Positions 25,972 through 35,902 of a stretch of 64,000 bases of DNA are shown piece by piece; position 1 is the stretch's first letter; the number at the start of each line of letters is the position of its first letter. The DNA is from a virus (taxonomy: Duplodnaviria; Caudoviricetes). Below the pieces are notes generated by a model. It ran no database searches, had not been told where the DNA came from, and saw only the letters and a list, made by a program, of their open reading frames with translations. The translations under genes and the position numbers were made by a program. The stretch covers positions 1 to 64,000 of IMG/VR virus record IMGVR_UViG_3300032218_003059; one strand, given 5' to 3'.

Positions 25972-26548
25972 TAAGTTACATGATAATATCTATTACTATG
26001 AAAGAGCAATCAATAATCCTAAAGAGCTTTTAAAGCATCTAGATAAAAATGTTTGGGAGAGGTGGATGTCTTCCGATGGTGGAGAATTTTATGGCCACTC
26101 CCAAGGAGCTATGTTTGGAAGCGAAGAAATAGGATCCACAATAAATGAAAAAAATGGAATGATATTAAAGGAGATTTTTAACTCCGCTATTTTTGCTGCA
26201 AACAATTATTCAGATGCAACAGGAATTGATATTGGTTATCTTCCACCATTCTTTGCATTTAAAAAATATAATACTGGTATTGGAATGGGCCCACATGTTG
26301 ATAAATATAGTGGAAAAGATAAAAAGTCTACGCTATCAATGGTCATATATTTAAATGACGATTCCGAAGGCGGAGAGATAGAGTTTGCTAATCAAGGAAT
26401 ATTATTAAAGCCAAAGGCTGGCAGCATAATTGTATTCCCTCCTGGGAAACCCTACATGCATGAGTCTAAAAAAGTAACAGAGGGAAATAAATATATGATC
26501 CCGCTATTCTTTTTTAAAGATAAAAAGCCAAGAGCCAGCAAAAAATGA
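25961..26548 (+). CDS. 2OG-Fe(II) oxygenase (P4H-like)
   Basis: HVD, YLNDDSEGGEI, MHES, NKY. Confidence 0.88.
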   Translation: MIINKLHDNIYYYERAINNPKELLKHLDKNVWERWMSSDGGEFYGHSQGAMFGSEEIGSTINEKNGMILKEIFNSAIFAANNYSDATGIDIGYLPPFFAFKKYNTGIGMGPHVDKYSGKDKKSTLSMVIYLNDDSEGGEIEFANQGILLKPKAGSIIVFPPGKPYMHESKKVTEGNKYMIPLFFFKDKKPRASKK

Positions 26549-28188
26549 GCTATCTATTAAAAGCAATTAAAGATCATCCAATAGCCTTCTGGCCTTTAGA
26601 TGAGTCTTCTGGCCTAATTGCTTACGATATCTCTCCGTGTGGGAATAACGCTACATATACTGGCTCTTTATCAACATCTAGAATGCCTTTAGTTTCTGGA
26701 GGGCAATATGGAACTAAAATTGATTCAACGCATTATATATCTTATTCAGTTAACAATGATTATCAAGGAACTTCAATAGGCGGTAGTTTTGCAAAGCAGG
26801 ATTATTCTGATAATGATTTTACCCTAGAATGTTGGTACTACCCACTCAAGCTCGACTCAACATATCAGGTAATATTTGGAGACTCAAATCAATGCTCCAT
26901 TCAGGCAAACAATTCAAATATTCAGTTTCATGTACACGATGAAATTATTCAGTATACAATTCCTAATCAAAAAAAGAATACACATATTGTTGCTACCTAT
27001 CATCCAGGAAGAATGTCTTTATATGTTGATGGCAAACTAGCTGTTTCTAAATCCATGTCAGACTTTAAGTTTTTAAATGAATCTCTTACAATTCAATCTA
27101 AAGCAACTGGATCATCTTCTTTTTTAATTGACGCTCCAGCAATATATAGATACGAGTTAACTGATACAACAATACTAGATCACTATAATAGCAATATCTC
27201 AATTGAGCCAATTCACATAGTTACACCAGATGGCGGAAGCCTAATAGAATTCTATGATAATAATATTGCAACAAAATTTAAATACCTTTATCCCTCAAGC
27301 AAACCCTGGCAGGAATTAGTTGCCGACGGACTAGTATACAATTCAGACCAGGATTCTTTGCAAATGAGATATGTTTCTGAGGGAGGGACAAAAGAAGTAG
27401 AAGTAGTAGAATTTATAAGTATTCCAATAGATATATATAATATAGCCTCAATAAATAAAATTCAATGGATATCAAGTTTAGGAATTTCAGTATATATTAG
27501 TTATGATGGAGAGACCTATACAGAATGTATAAATGGTAAAGCAAACCAAATAACCTCAAACGATTTTTATCTAAAGATTAAATTTACATCCTCAAATGCA
27601 TCTGAATTTATTCCATCGATATCCTCACTTGCAATAAAGCTTATGTCTTCAGACCTGACAATGTATTCAAAAAATACAGGAACATATGTCGACAATTTTA
27701 TTAGCTCATCAATTTTGGACAAATATCCAGTTATGCAAAGAAATTCCCAGAGCGGTGTATTTTGCAGCAGTTCTGGAACTTTTGACATTCATCAAAATTT
27801 TCCTGTAAATTCAATTGAGTTTTTGTATACCCCATACTTAGTATCTGGAACAAGATCTGCCTCTTTCCCAGCTGGCAATATATACGTAAACGGTATATTA
27901 AAAACAGGATCTAATATGTCAGATTTATTTAATGTTGGAGAAATGCACCATGTTGTCATAAATACTTCTGCTATATCAAGCCTTTTAAATTTTAATGCCA
28001 GCGGTAATTCAGCGCTATTTCAGCATATAGCTTTGTACGCTAACCAGCTTAACGCTGGAAAGATATTAAATCATTATAACCTATACATCGGGAGACCCTC
28101 AATATCTGTGTCAGAATCGTCTTTCTCTGTGACAGAAAACCTTTTTAAAGCATATAATAATAACTGGATGGTTATTCAAAACTCATAA
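26545..28188 (+). CDS. LamG/concanavalin A-like domain virion protein
   Basis: AFWPLDESSG, FTLECW, HIVATY, LYVDG, IDAPAIY motifs. Confidence 0.75.
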   Translation: MSYLLKAIKDHPIAFWPLDESSGLIAYDISPCGNNATYTGSLSTSRMPLVSGGQYGTKIDSTHYISYSVNNDYQGTSIGGSFAKQDYSDNDFTLECWYYPLKLDSTYQVIFGDSNQCSIQANNSNIQFHVHDEIIQYTIPNQKKNTHIVATYHPGRMSLYVDGKLAVSKSMSDFKFLNESLTIQSKATGSSSFLIDAPAIYRYELTDTTILDHYNSNISIEPIHIVTPDGGSLIEFYDNNIATKFKYLYPSSKPWQELVADGLVYNSDQDSLQMRYVSEGGTKEVEVVEFISIPIDIYNIASINKIQWISSLGISVYISYDGETYTECINGKANQITSNDFYLKIKFTSSNASEFIPSISSLAIKLMSSDLTMYSKNTGTYVDNFISSSILDKYPVMQRNSQSGVFCSSSGTFDIHQNFPVNSIEFLYTPYLVSGTRSASFPAGNIYVNGILKTGSNMSDLFNVGEMHHVVINTSAISSLLNFNASGNSALFQHIALYANQLNAGKILNHYNLYIGRPSISVSESSFSVTENLFKAYNNNWMVIQNS

Positions 28189-28243
28189 TTTGTCACATAG
28201 ATGGACAATCTATGGACTTATACAGCAAAGAATGGTAAAATAA

Positions 28244-28585
28244 ATGTCTATGGATATTAAAAGAATTGATCAGTCGGTTGTTGAAGAAACACGCTTAGGT
28301 ATATATGTGTGGGAAATGCCAGACGGCAGATGGATTGGAGATGATGATGGTAACTTCTTATCAGTCACATCAACCAAAGGAAACAAGTCAAAGATCGATG
28401 CTTTGGTTAGAGAAGTTAGCTCGTATGGTATATACGAGGGCGCACCCAAGTTTCTTTCAGGAAGACGCAAAATCGATGACGAAGAGTTTGAATATCAAAA
28501 GCAAAGATTAAACTGGGGATTAACTCCAGACCCGCTAGACATTGGCGTATATAAAGATAATATTAAAAACGGGGGAAAGCCATAA
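28244..28585 (+). CDS. Conserved hypothetical protein upstream of portal
   Basis: 113-aa ORF coupled to portal; TGG-TAAAAT at 28233-28241. Confidence 0.75.
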   Translation: MSMDIKRIDQSVVEETRLGIYVWEMPDGRWIGDDDGNFLSVTSTKGNKSKIDALVREVSSYGIYEGAPKFLSGRRKIDDEEFEYQKQRLNWGLTPDPLDIGVYKDNIKNGGKP

Positions 28586-30174
28586 TGGAACACATGGATG
28601 ATAATGAACAAATTTTAGATATAGAAGTTAAGAATTCTTCTGACACATGGACAGATTTTGTTAAGTCCTCAACTCCAACAGTTTCCTCAGATCCATTTGA
28701 TATTGAAGTTAATGAAATTAAAAAACTTAATGGCCTAGGCTCATCATTTAAAAGAAAAGTTTCAAGAGAATTTAGTAAGTCATTTACAGGAAAAGACGGA
28801 GCTCAAACACAACAGAACTTAATGGCTCAGGCTATTACTGGTTACGCCATGTTTGATTTAGTAATGCCACCATTTAACCTAGACTACCTTTCAAAAATTT
28901 ATGAACTATCAACATATAACTATTCTGCAATTAATGCAAAGGTTGCTAATATTGTTGGACTAGGATATAGTTTTACAGAAACAAGAAAAACTAACGAAGC
29001 TCTTGATGGAATAACAAGCCCAGAGCAATTAGATCGTGCACGTAAAAAGATTAATAGACTCAAGCAAGATGTACAGCTATGGCTTGACTCTACAAATGAT
29101 GAAGATACATTTACAGAAACTTTAGTTAAAGTATATACAGATTTAGAAACAACTGGAAATGGATATATTGAAATTGGTAGAACTGTAGCAGGGGACATTG
29201 GCTATATTGGGCATATCCCAGCAAAAACAATGCGTGTTCGTAGAATGCGTGATGGATTCATGCAGCTTCTATATGGCAAGGTTGTATTCTTTAGAAACTT
29301 TGGAGATCAAGAAACTCCTAATCCAATCACAGACGGAACAGATAGACCAAATGAAGTTATTCATTTAAAGAAATATACACCAATGAATAATTACTACGGA
29401 ATTGCAGATATTGCTGCAGCTCAAAATGCTTTAGCTGGTAACGAATTTGCTGGCAAGTATAACCTTGATTATTTTGAAAACAAAGCGGTACCAAGATATA
29501 TAATTACGGTAAAGGGAGCAAAGCTTTCTCCAGAAGCAGAAAGAAAACTTCTTGAATTTTTTCAGGTTGGCCTTAAGGGAAAGAATCACAGATCCTTATA
29601 TATTCCCCTTCCAGCCGATACACCAGATTCAAAGGTTGATTTTAAAATGGAGCCAATTGAGGCTGGCACACAAGAAGGTTCATTTAATATTTATCGTCAG
29701 GCAAATAGAGATGAAATACTTTTGGCCCATAGAGTCCCTATTTCAAAAATTGGAATTCCAGCAGGCATAAACCTTGCAGCAGCTAGAGATGCAGATAAAA
29801 CATTTAGAGAGCAGGTCTGTAAGCCAGCCCAGGATATTTTGGCTAAAAAAATTAATAGAATTATTGAAGAAAAAACAGATGCTTTAATAATTAAATTTAA
29901 TGAACTTACACTTACAGATGAAGATACCCAATCTAAAATTGATGAAAGATATCTTAGAATGCAGGTAATTACTCCTAATGAAGTTCGAGTAAGAAAAGGC
30001 ATGGTTCCAATTGACGGAGGAGACGAAGTTGTAGAATTAAAGCCACAAGCAGCAGCAGAGCAATCTGCTCAGGCTGGAAATACTAGAGCAAGAACTCAGG
30101 CAAGAGATGCAAATTCCCCAGATAAATCTGGAGAGGCTCGCCAACCAAAAGGTGAAGGTAGAGTAACGGCCTAA
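28585..30174 (+). CDS. Portal protein
   Basis: DLETTGNGYIEI, HIPAKTMRVR, YYGI, HRVP, ITPNEVR portal motifs; position. Confidence 0.9.
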   Translation: MEHMDDNEQILDIEVKNSSDTWTDFVKSSTPTVSSDPFDIEVNEIKKLNGLGSSFKRKVSREFSKSFTGKDGAQTQQNLMAQAITGYAMFDLVMPPFNLDYLSKIYELSTYNYSAINAKVANIVGLGYSFTETRKTNEALDGITSPEQLDRARKKINRLKQDVQLWLDSTNDEDTFTETLVKVYTDLETTGNGYIEIGRTVAGDIGYIGHIPAKTMRVRRMRDGFMQLLYGKVVFFRNFGDQETPNPITDGTDRPNEVIHLKKYTPMNNYYGIADIAAAQNALAGNEFAGKYNLDYFENKAVPRYIITVKGAKLSPEAERKLLEFFQVGLKGKNHRSLYIPLPADTPDSKVDFKMEPIEAGTQEGSFNIYRQANRDEILLAHRVPISKIGIPAGINLAAARDADKTFREQVCKPAQDILAKKINRIIEEKTDALIIKFNELTLTDEDTQSKIDERYLRMQVITPNEVRVRKGMVPIDGGDEVVELKPQAAAEQSAQAGNTRARTQARDANSPDKSGEARQPKGEGRVTA

Positions 30175-30192
30175 TTATTAGGCAACCACTAT

Positions 30193-30221
30193 TTGCCTTT
30201 TTAGATATAAAGCCCTAAAAT
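30193..30221 (+). promoter_or_regulatory. Sigma70-like promoter for protease/capsid genes
   Basis: TTGCCT-17 nt-TAAAAT; same boxes and spacing at 35797-35825; ATG 7 nt downstream. Confidence 0.7.
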
Positions 30222-30228
30222 TAAGCAT

Positions 30229-31518
30229 ATGAATATCGAAAAGTCTATCTGGTTTTCAGAGGGCGATAACATCGCTCTTTCAGTTCCGTTTACTAAAGTA
30301 AACAGAGAAAAAAGAACTGTGTCTGGATTCGCAACATTAGACAATCTAGATCAAACTGGCGATGTAGTAACAGCAGAAGCAAGCACAAAAGCATTTGAAG
30401 GTTTCCGTGGAAACATAAGAGAAATGCACGGATCGCTTGCTGTTGGTAAAATGATTTCTTTTAAGCCAGAAACATACTATGATCCAATTTCAAAAAATTT
30501 TTATAATGGCGTTTATGTAGATGTATATGTTTCAAAGGGTGCACAGGATACTTGGGAAAAAGTTCTTGATGGTACTCTTTCTGGTTTTTCAATCGGCGGT
30601 AAGATATTAGAAACAGATAATGAAGTAAATAAGTCAACAGGCGAATCAGTACGTTTTATTAAAAATTATGAGCTTATAGAATTGTCAATAGTTGATTCAC
30701 CAGCTAACGAGCTGTGCAATGTTTTGTCAGTACAAAAGGTTAATGGCAAAATGGTATTTAAAGGAATTGCAGCAAACGTAAAGACAGAAAATATTTTTTA
30801 TTGTGAAGAAAGTGATTCAGTTTTTATCTCAGAAAACAAAACATTTGATTCACCAATTACAGGAAAGCCAGCAGAATTAATTGGATGGGTCGAAAGCTCA
30901 GATGTTAATAAAGCTAAAGAAATAGATAAAATTCTTGATTTTTTTAAGAAATCAAGATTACCGTTAACTGAAAATCAAATGATTGTAAAGCATGTTAACG
31001 CAGAAGGAGGTAATGAAATGTCAGATATCCAAAATGACGTAGCAGTTGAAGAGACTGTTGTAGAAAATACAGTTGCTGCTGAAGAGGCACCAGCTGAGGC
31101 TCCTGCTGTTGATACAGTAGAAGCTTCTGATGAAACATTGGAGAAGGCAGCCGACGTATCTGAAGTTGAGGTTAATGAACCCGATTTTGCAAAGATGCTT
31201 GGCGATCTTAAAGGATTTTTATCAGAAACTCTAGACAAGTCTGCAGCAATTAGCGCAGAAAAAGTTGAAGAGATTAAGACATCTGTAGATGCATTTAGCA
31301 AGTCAATTGATGCACGTATTACAGATATAGAGAACCAGCACAAGGCTTTAGCGGAGTCATTCGCAGCTACTGTTGATACAGTAGAAAAGCGTGTTGACGC
31401 AGTTGAGTCAGAAACTGCAATTAAGAAGTCCTTTGATCTTGGCGGATCACAGGAAGTTATAAAAAAATCAAAATGGTCAGGAGCTTTCCTCGGTTCCGTA
31501 TCAGAATTAATTAACTAA
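30229..31518 (+). CDS. Prohead (HK97-type) protease with C-terminal scaffold-like region
   Basis: VSGFAT, DQTGD, REMH, LSGFSIGG, ELSIVDSPAN; acidic coiled-coil tail. Confidence 0.9.
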   Translation: MNIEKSIWFSEGDNIALSVPFTKVNREKRTVSGFATLDNLDQTGDVVTAEASTKAFEGFRGNIREMHGSLAVGKMISFKPETYYDPISKNFYNGVYVDVYVSKGAQDTWEKVLDGTLSGFSIGGKILETDNEVNKSTGESVRFIKNYELIELSIVDSPANELCNVLSVQKVNGKMVFKGIAANVKTENIFYCEESDSVFISENKTFDSPITGKPAELIGWVESSDVNKAKEIDKILDFFKKSRLPLTENQMIVKHVNAEGGNEMSDIQNDVAVEETVVENTVAAEEAPAEAPAVDTVEASDETLEKAADVSEVEVNEPDFAKMLGDLKGFLSETLDKSAAISAEKVEEIKTSVDAFSKSIDARITDIENQHKALAESFAATVDTVEKRVDAVESETAIKKSFDLGGSQEVIKKSKWSGAFLGSVSELIN

Positions 31519-31535
31519 GGTAGGTGAAATAAACA

Positions 31536-32588
31536 ATGAGTAATGAACTATTAGAAAAGAGCATCGCAGCTGGTACAACAGCTACAGGTACTTTCAGTTC
31601 TACATCTGGTGGATCAGGTATCCACACCGCATCAGAAAATGGTAACGGTGGTTTACTAAACCCAGAGCAATCTGCTCGATTCTTAGATTATATGTTCGAC
31701 GCAACCGTAATAGGCAAGGTCGCACGTACAGTCCGTATGAAGGCAGACACAACAGAGATTGATCGTATGTCAATTGGTGAGAAGCTTGTAAAGCTTGCAT
31801 CAGAAGGCGACAACACAAACAGCGGAAATGCTGCAGTGACATTCTCAAAGATTTCTTTGACAACAAAGAAGCTTCGTCTTGATTGGGAACTCTCAACAGA
31901 GTCTCTAGAAGACAACATCGAAGGTGCAGATCTTGAAGATCATATTGCACGTATGATGGCAACACAGGCAGGTAATGATATTGAAGATCTAGTCCTTAAC
32001 GGAGATACTTCACTATCTGGAGACCTGCTTTACAAGGCATTTGATGGTGCAGTTAAAAAGGCAAAGGCTGGCGGTCACGTAGTTGATGCAGCTGGTGCGA
32101 ATATCACTCGTGCAGTATTTAACTCAGCTCTTAAGGCACTTCCACGTAAGTACAAGCAGCGTCGTACAGACCTTCGCTTCCTATCAGGTTCAAACTTGAT
32201 TCAGGATTACTTATACGCAACATCACAGAACATCCAGAATGTTAACCCACAGGACATTGCTTCAGGCATCATCCGTGGAGACGTTCCTGTTCTAGGTGGT
32301 CCAGCAGGTTATGTAGCTCCATACGCATTTGGTATTCCAATCGTTGAAGTTCCATTGCTTCCAGAAACACAGGCTGGTGACTATTCAGGTCACGCAGGCT
32401 CACACGGTGATATACACTTGACATTCCCAAATAACGTAGTTATTGGTATCAAGCGTGATGTAACTGTTTATCGTTTTTTCTGGCCAAAGAAGGACTCAAT
32501 TGAGTACACAATGTATACTCGTGTTGGCGTCCAGATTGAACAAGCAGATGCTTGGGTCGTTGTAAAGAACGTCAAGGTTGCTTCATAA
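31536..32588 (+). CDS. Major capsid protein (HK97 fold)
   Basis: GGLLNPEQ, ELSTESLEDNIEG, DIEDLVLNGD; follows protease; followed by terminator. Confidence 0.92.
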   Translation: MSNELLEKSIAAGTTATGTFSSTSGGSGIHTASENGNGGLLNPEQSARFLDYMFDATVIGKVARTVRMKADTTEIDRMSIGEKLVKLASEGDNTNSGNAAVTFSKISLTTKKLRLDWELSTESLEDNIEGADLEDHIARMMATQAGNDIEDLVLNGDTSLSGDLLYKAFDGAVKKAKAGGHVVDAAGANITRAVFNSALKALPRKYKQRRTDLRFLSGSNLIQDYLYATSQNIQNVNPQDIASGIIRGDVPVLGGPAGYVAPYAFGIPIVEVPLLPETQAGDYSGHAGSHGDIHLTFPNNVVIGIKRDVTVYRFFWPKKDSIEYTMYTRVGVQIEQADAWVVVKNVKVAS

Positions 32589-32603
32589 TTTAGAAATAAC
32601 CTT

Positions 32604-32638
32604 AAAGGCCCCCATATTTTATATGGGGGCTTTTCATT
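32604..32638 (+). terminator. Intrinsic terminator
   Basis: GCCCCCATAT-TTT-ATATGGGGGC then TTTTCATT. Confidence 0.85.
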
Positions 32639-32685
32639 TTAATTTACTAATGCTATAATTAATAGACTAGAAAAAGGAGATCTTT

Positions 32686-33084
32686 ATGTCATTTGAGACA
32701 CTAAAAGTATCAGAATTAAAAAAAGTCGCTGAAGATTTTGGCGTAGATTTAGAAGAGTCTAAAAGCAAAAAAGATATAATTGCAGCGTTAGCTGAAGAAG
32801 GTGTAAGCTGGGGAGTCTATGAAAAGACTATTCAAATCCTAGAAGAAGCAGAAGATGAAACAATGGAAATTCTTCCAAAATTTGATCCAAAGAAAGAGCA
32901 GCCCAAAGATTCAGTTTTGGTTAGAATGACTAGAGCTAATTTTAGATATGATATTATGGGTCATACTTTCACAAAAGACCATCCGTTTGCCGTAATGAGC
33001 GAATCAGATGCTCAAGCAATATTTGACAAGGAGGACGGTTTTAGAGTAGCAACACCTAAAGAAGCACAGGAGTTCTACCACTAA
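32686..33084 (+). CDS. Protein with N-terminal Rho-N/HeH-like domain
   Basis: LKVSELKKVAEDFGV...KKDII helix-extension-helix pattern. Confidence 0.6.
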   Translation: MSFETLKVSELKKVAEDFGVDLEESKSKKDIIAALAEEGVSWGVYEKTIQILEEAEDETMEILPKFDPKKEQPKDSVLVRMTRANFRYDIMGHTFTKDHPFAVMSESDAQAIFDKEDGFRVATPKEAQEFYH

Positions 33085-33096
33085 AGCTATTAATAA

Positions 33097-34089
33097 ATGG
33101 CAGAAATATATATTGATTATGCATCACCAATTAAAACAAAAATTTTTTGGGGTGGTGAAATAACAAATGTTAATGACCTATATCCTGTCGAAGTAACAGT
33201 TTGGGATATAACAGAAGACCCAACAGTTGACCCATTAGTAGACCCATCTATTCCTATTTATGAGGGAGAGGCTCAAAAAGTTGAAACGGATGATGGTACT
33301 TATCAAATTACTCTTCCGTTAGATTTATGTAATAGGGCAAAAGAATTAAGAATACGCTGGGATTATAAAATTGATGATAATCAAGCTGGTCACTATACAA
33401 ATATGAGTATAGTAAAGCCTTATGTAGGATTAGCAGAAGTCTATGAGGACCTTGGATTTGGAACAGATTATGGAGATCCAAATCACAAAACTTACCATGA
33501 GTTACAAATGGCTGAAAAATATGCACGTAAAATGATTGAAAATTTTTGCAATCAAGTTTTTTATCCATATAATGATTTTCAAATTGTTTATGGTGCTGGT
33601 ACTAATTTAGTTCCATTGCCATTTAAACTTTTAGAACTACATGAACTTTATGAAAATGATATTAAGGTTATAGATAGAGTTAATAATATAAATAACTGGG
33701 TATATAATCCAATGCCAGTTGAATCAGGGTTTGGATTAAGAGTAGATCAATCTACAGCATATGACGATGTTGTTTATGTTGCTAACGGCGTAGTTCCTCC
33801 AACAGTAAATGATTGGGGTTTTGGCGGAGCATTTAAAAGAGGTTATAGATATCGCATTCAAGGTAAATATGGCTGGAAAGATGTACCAGACAATGTTGAA
33901 GAAGCATGTATTATATTGATGAAAGATTTTTTTTCAAAAGATATTGCTTGGAGAAATAAATATCTTAAAAATATTCAAACATTTGATTGGCAGTTTGAAT
34001 TTACTGGTGATGCATATAGAGGAACTGGAAACTATTATGTAGACCAGCTGCTTGCACCATATGTGATCAATGGTATGGTTGTAATCTAA
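33097..34089 (+). CDS. Head-tail adaptor/connector protein
   Basis: ARKMIENFCNQ.F, YGWKDVPDNVEEACIILM; position after capsid. Confidence 0.7.
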   Translation: MAEIYIDYASPIKTKIFWGGEITNVNDLYPVEVTVWDITEDPTVDPLVDPSIPIYEGEAQKVETDDGTYQITLPLDLCNRAKELRIRWDYKIDDNQAGHYTNMSIVKPYVGLAEVYEDLGFGTDYGDPNHKTYHELQMAEKYARKMIENFCNQVFYPYNDFQIVYGAGTNLVPLPFKLLELHELYENDIKVIDRVNNINNWVYNPMPVESGFGLRVDQSTAYDDVVYVANGVVPPTVNDWGFGGAFKRGYRYRIQGKYGWKDVPDNVEEACIILMKDFFSKDIAWRNKYLKNIQTFDWQFEFTGDAYRGTGNYYVDQLLAPYVINGMVVI

Positions 34090-34514
34090 TGTCATTAATA
34101 GTTGGAGCCATATTGGCAATGACTGCAGACGTATATAGACAGTCAAATATACAAGATCCAGAAACTGGCCACCTTCAAAAAACATGGACATATTATAAAA
34201 CAATTGATTGCCTTGCAAAAGGAGTAATTTCTAACTCAACAACAAGAAAAGGAAATGCTCAAATTTTTGATAATACTTATGCAGATGTTCAAATGCTTGA
34301 AATTAGAACAAAAGAAAAATTAACCATTAAAGAAAAAATAACAAATATTAAAGATTCACAAGGAAATAACATATGGACAGAGCTTGATATTCCATATGAT
34401 ACACCTACAGTATTTGAAGTAATAGGCACAACCCCCTTAACAGACCCTTTTGGCACTACGCTTGCTTTTAACTCAACAGTTAAAAGATCGGAGAACCAGG
34501 TAATTGGCGAATAA
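34089..34514 (+). CDS. Head-closure/stopper protein
   Basis: Size, position and beta-rich sequence. Confidence 0.55.
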   Translation: MSLIVGAILAMTADVYRQSNIQDPETGHLQKTWTYYKTIDCLAKGVISNSTTRKGNAQIFDNTYADVQMLEIRTKEKLTIKEKITNIKDSQGNNIWTELDIPYDTPTVFEVIGTTPLTDPFGTTLAFNSTVKRSENQVIGE

Positions 34515-35292
34515 CGTAGCTTTAGTTAATGCCACTTCAACACTAGAAAGATTTATGGTTGATGGTAAAAAAACTGGCATGCTTAAAGAAAGCCTTACCG
34601 CACAAATATCTGCAGCAATATTTTATCAGTCTACAGTAATATCTAAGCTAGAAACAAATAAAGCATTTCATAATACATTTAGTAAAATAATATTTGATCA
34701 AATAGAAAAAGACTTTGGTTCATATGTAGATGCACAAGCAAGAACAAAGCCTAAATCTTTACACCATGTTTATGAATGGCAAAAAACTGGAAATATGGAT
34801 GCAAGATTATTTAAGTTAAATAAACTTCCAACTCAAGGACTTGGCGTAAGCTTAGTTTTTGAATTTCTTCCATCTAAATCAGCAGTGCCTTCAACTAGAG
34901 CTAAAAGAAGATATGTGTTTACAAACAAAGCTAAGATTATGGAAGAAGGAATTCCAGTTGTAGTCTCTCCAAAATTTGCTGAGAGGATCGTATTTGATAC
35001 TGGGTTAGGATATACTGTATTTATGCCCAAAGGAGCTTCTGTGACTATCAGGAGGCCTGGTGGGGTTGCTGCAAAGCAGTCCTTTGAAATGGCGTATAAG
35101 AGATTTTTTACAACAGCTCTAGTAAGCGAATCAATAAAAAGATCTGGATTTCAGCAAATATTTAATATGAAGGTTGGTAAGGCACTTAGCCTTCCAGCAC
35201 AAATTAAAAAGGTTAAGTATTCATTTTCCCCAGGCGGGTTAGTACTAGAGTCAGAGCTTGCTTTAAACAAAGCATTTGGAGGATTATTATGA
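34504..35292 (+). CDS. Neck/tail completion protein (putative)
   Basis: Position between stopper and terminator genes; LHHVYEW motif; TTG start. Confidence 0.5.
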   Translation: MANNVALVNATSTLERFMVDGKKTGMLKESLTAQISAAIFYQSTVISKLETNKAFHNTFSKIIFDQIEKDFGSYVDAQARTKPKSLHHVYEWQKTGNMDARLFKLNKLPTQGLGVSLVFEFLPSKSAVPSTRAKRRYVFTNKAKIMEEGIPVVVSPKFAERIVFDTGLGYTVFMPKGASVTIRRPGGVAAKQSFEMAYKRFFTTALVSESIKRSGFQQIFNMKVGKALSLPAQIKKVKYSFSPGGLVLESELALNKAFGGLL

Positions 35293-35795
35293 CAGTAAAC
35301 TATAAACTAGATGCAATGCTAGAGATAAGAAAATTTTTATGGCAAGAACTTGTGTCAGCTGGGATATTTGATCCAGAGCAGTATGCCTTAGACGGTGGTG
35401 GAACAACAAATCCTATATTGCCAGTCCAACAACCAGCAGATATGAATCAATTATTCAATGGCAAAAAACATATTATCTATGACAAGATAAACATGTCCTA
35501 TGAAGACAACTGGATGATATGCAATGATCAAATTCTATTTACTATATATTCTACACAGATATCAGAAATCAATGAAATCACAAACTTTATGATAGATTTA
35601 TTTAGAAGAATGGATGATTCAGCCAAAGACGTTAATGGAAGCCTAGGAATATCCACGGCCTTTAAATTCTTTAGCACATATATAGTAGACATATCACCCA
35701 CTACGCCATCAAAAGAAATGTCTGGATTCTACTCCTCAGACATAATACTTCAGGCCAAATACTCCAGATTTGTGGAAAATGGTAGGTATATCTAG
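35289..35795 (+). CDS. Tail terminator protein (putative)
   Basis: Size and position immediately before major tail protein. Confidence 0.55.
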   Translation: MTVNYKLDAMLEIRKFLWQELVSAGIFDPEQYALDGGGTTNPILPVQQPADMNQLFNGKKHIIYDKINMSYEDNWMICNDQILFTIYSTQISEINEITNFMIDLFRRMDDSAKDVNGSLGISTAFKFFSTYIVDISPTTPSKEMSGFYSSDIILQAKYSRFVENGRYI

Positions 35796-35796
35796 T

Positions 35797-35825
35797 TTGC
35801 CTTATGGGGCATTATACACTAAAAT
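35797..35825 (+). promoter_or_regulatory. Sigma70-like promoter for major tail gene
   Basis: TTGCCT-17 nt-TAAAAT. Confidence 0.7.
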
Positions 35826-35902
35826 TAGACTTAGAGGAAAGGCCTAGCCAGCCAAATTATTTTACAATTAAATATCAAGATTTAATATAGGAGGTTTAAA
35901 CT

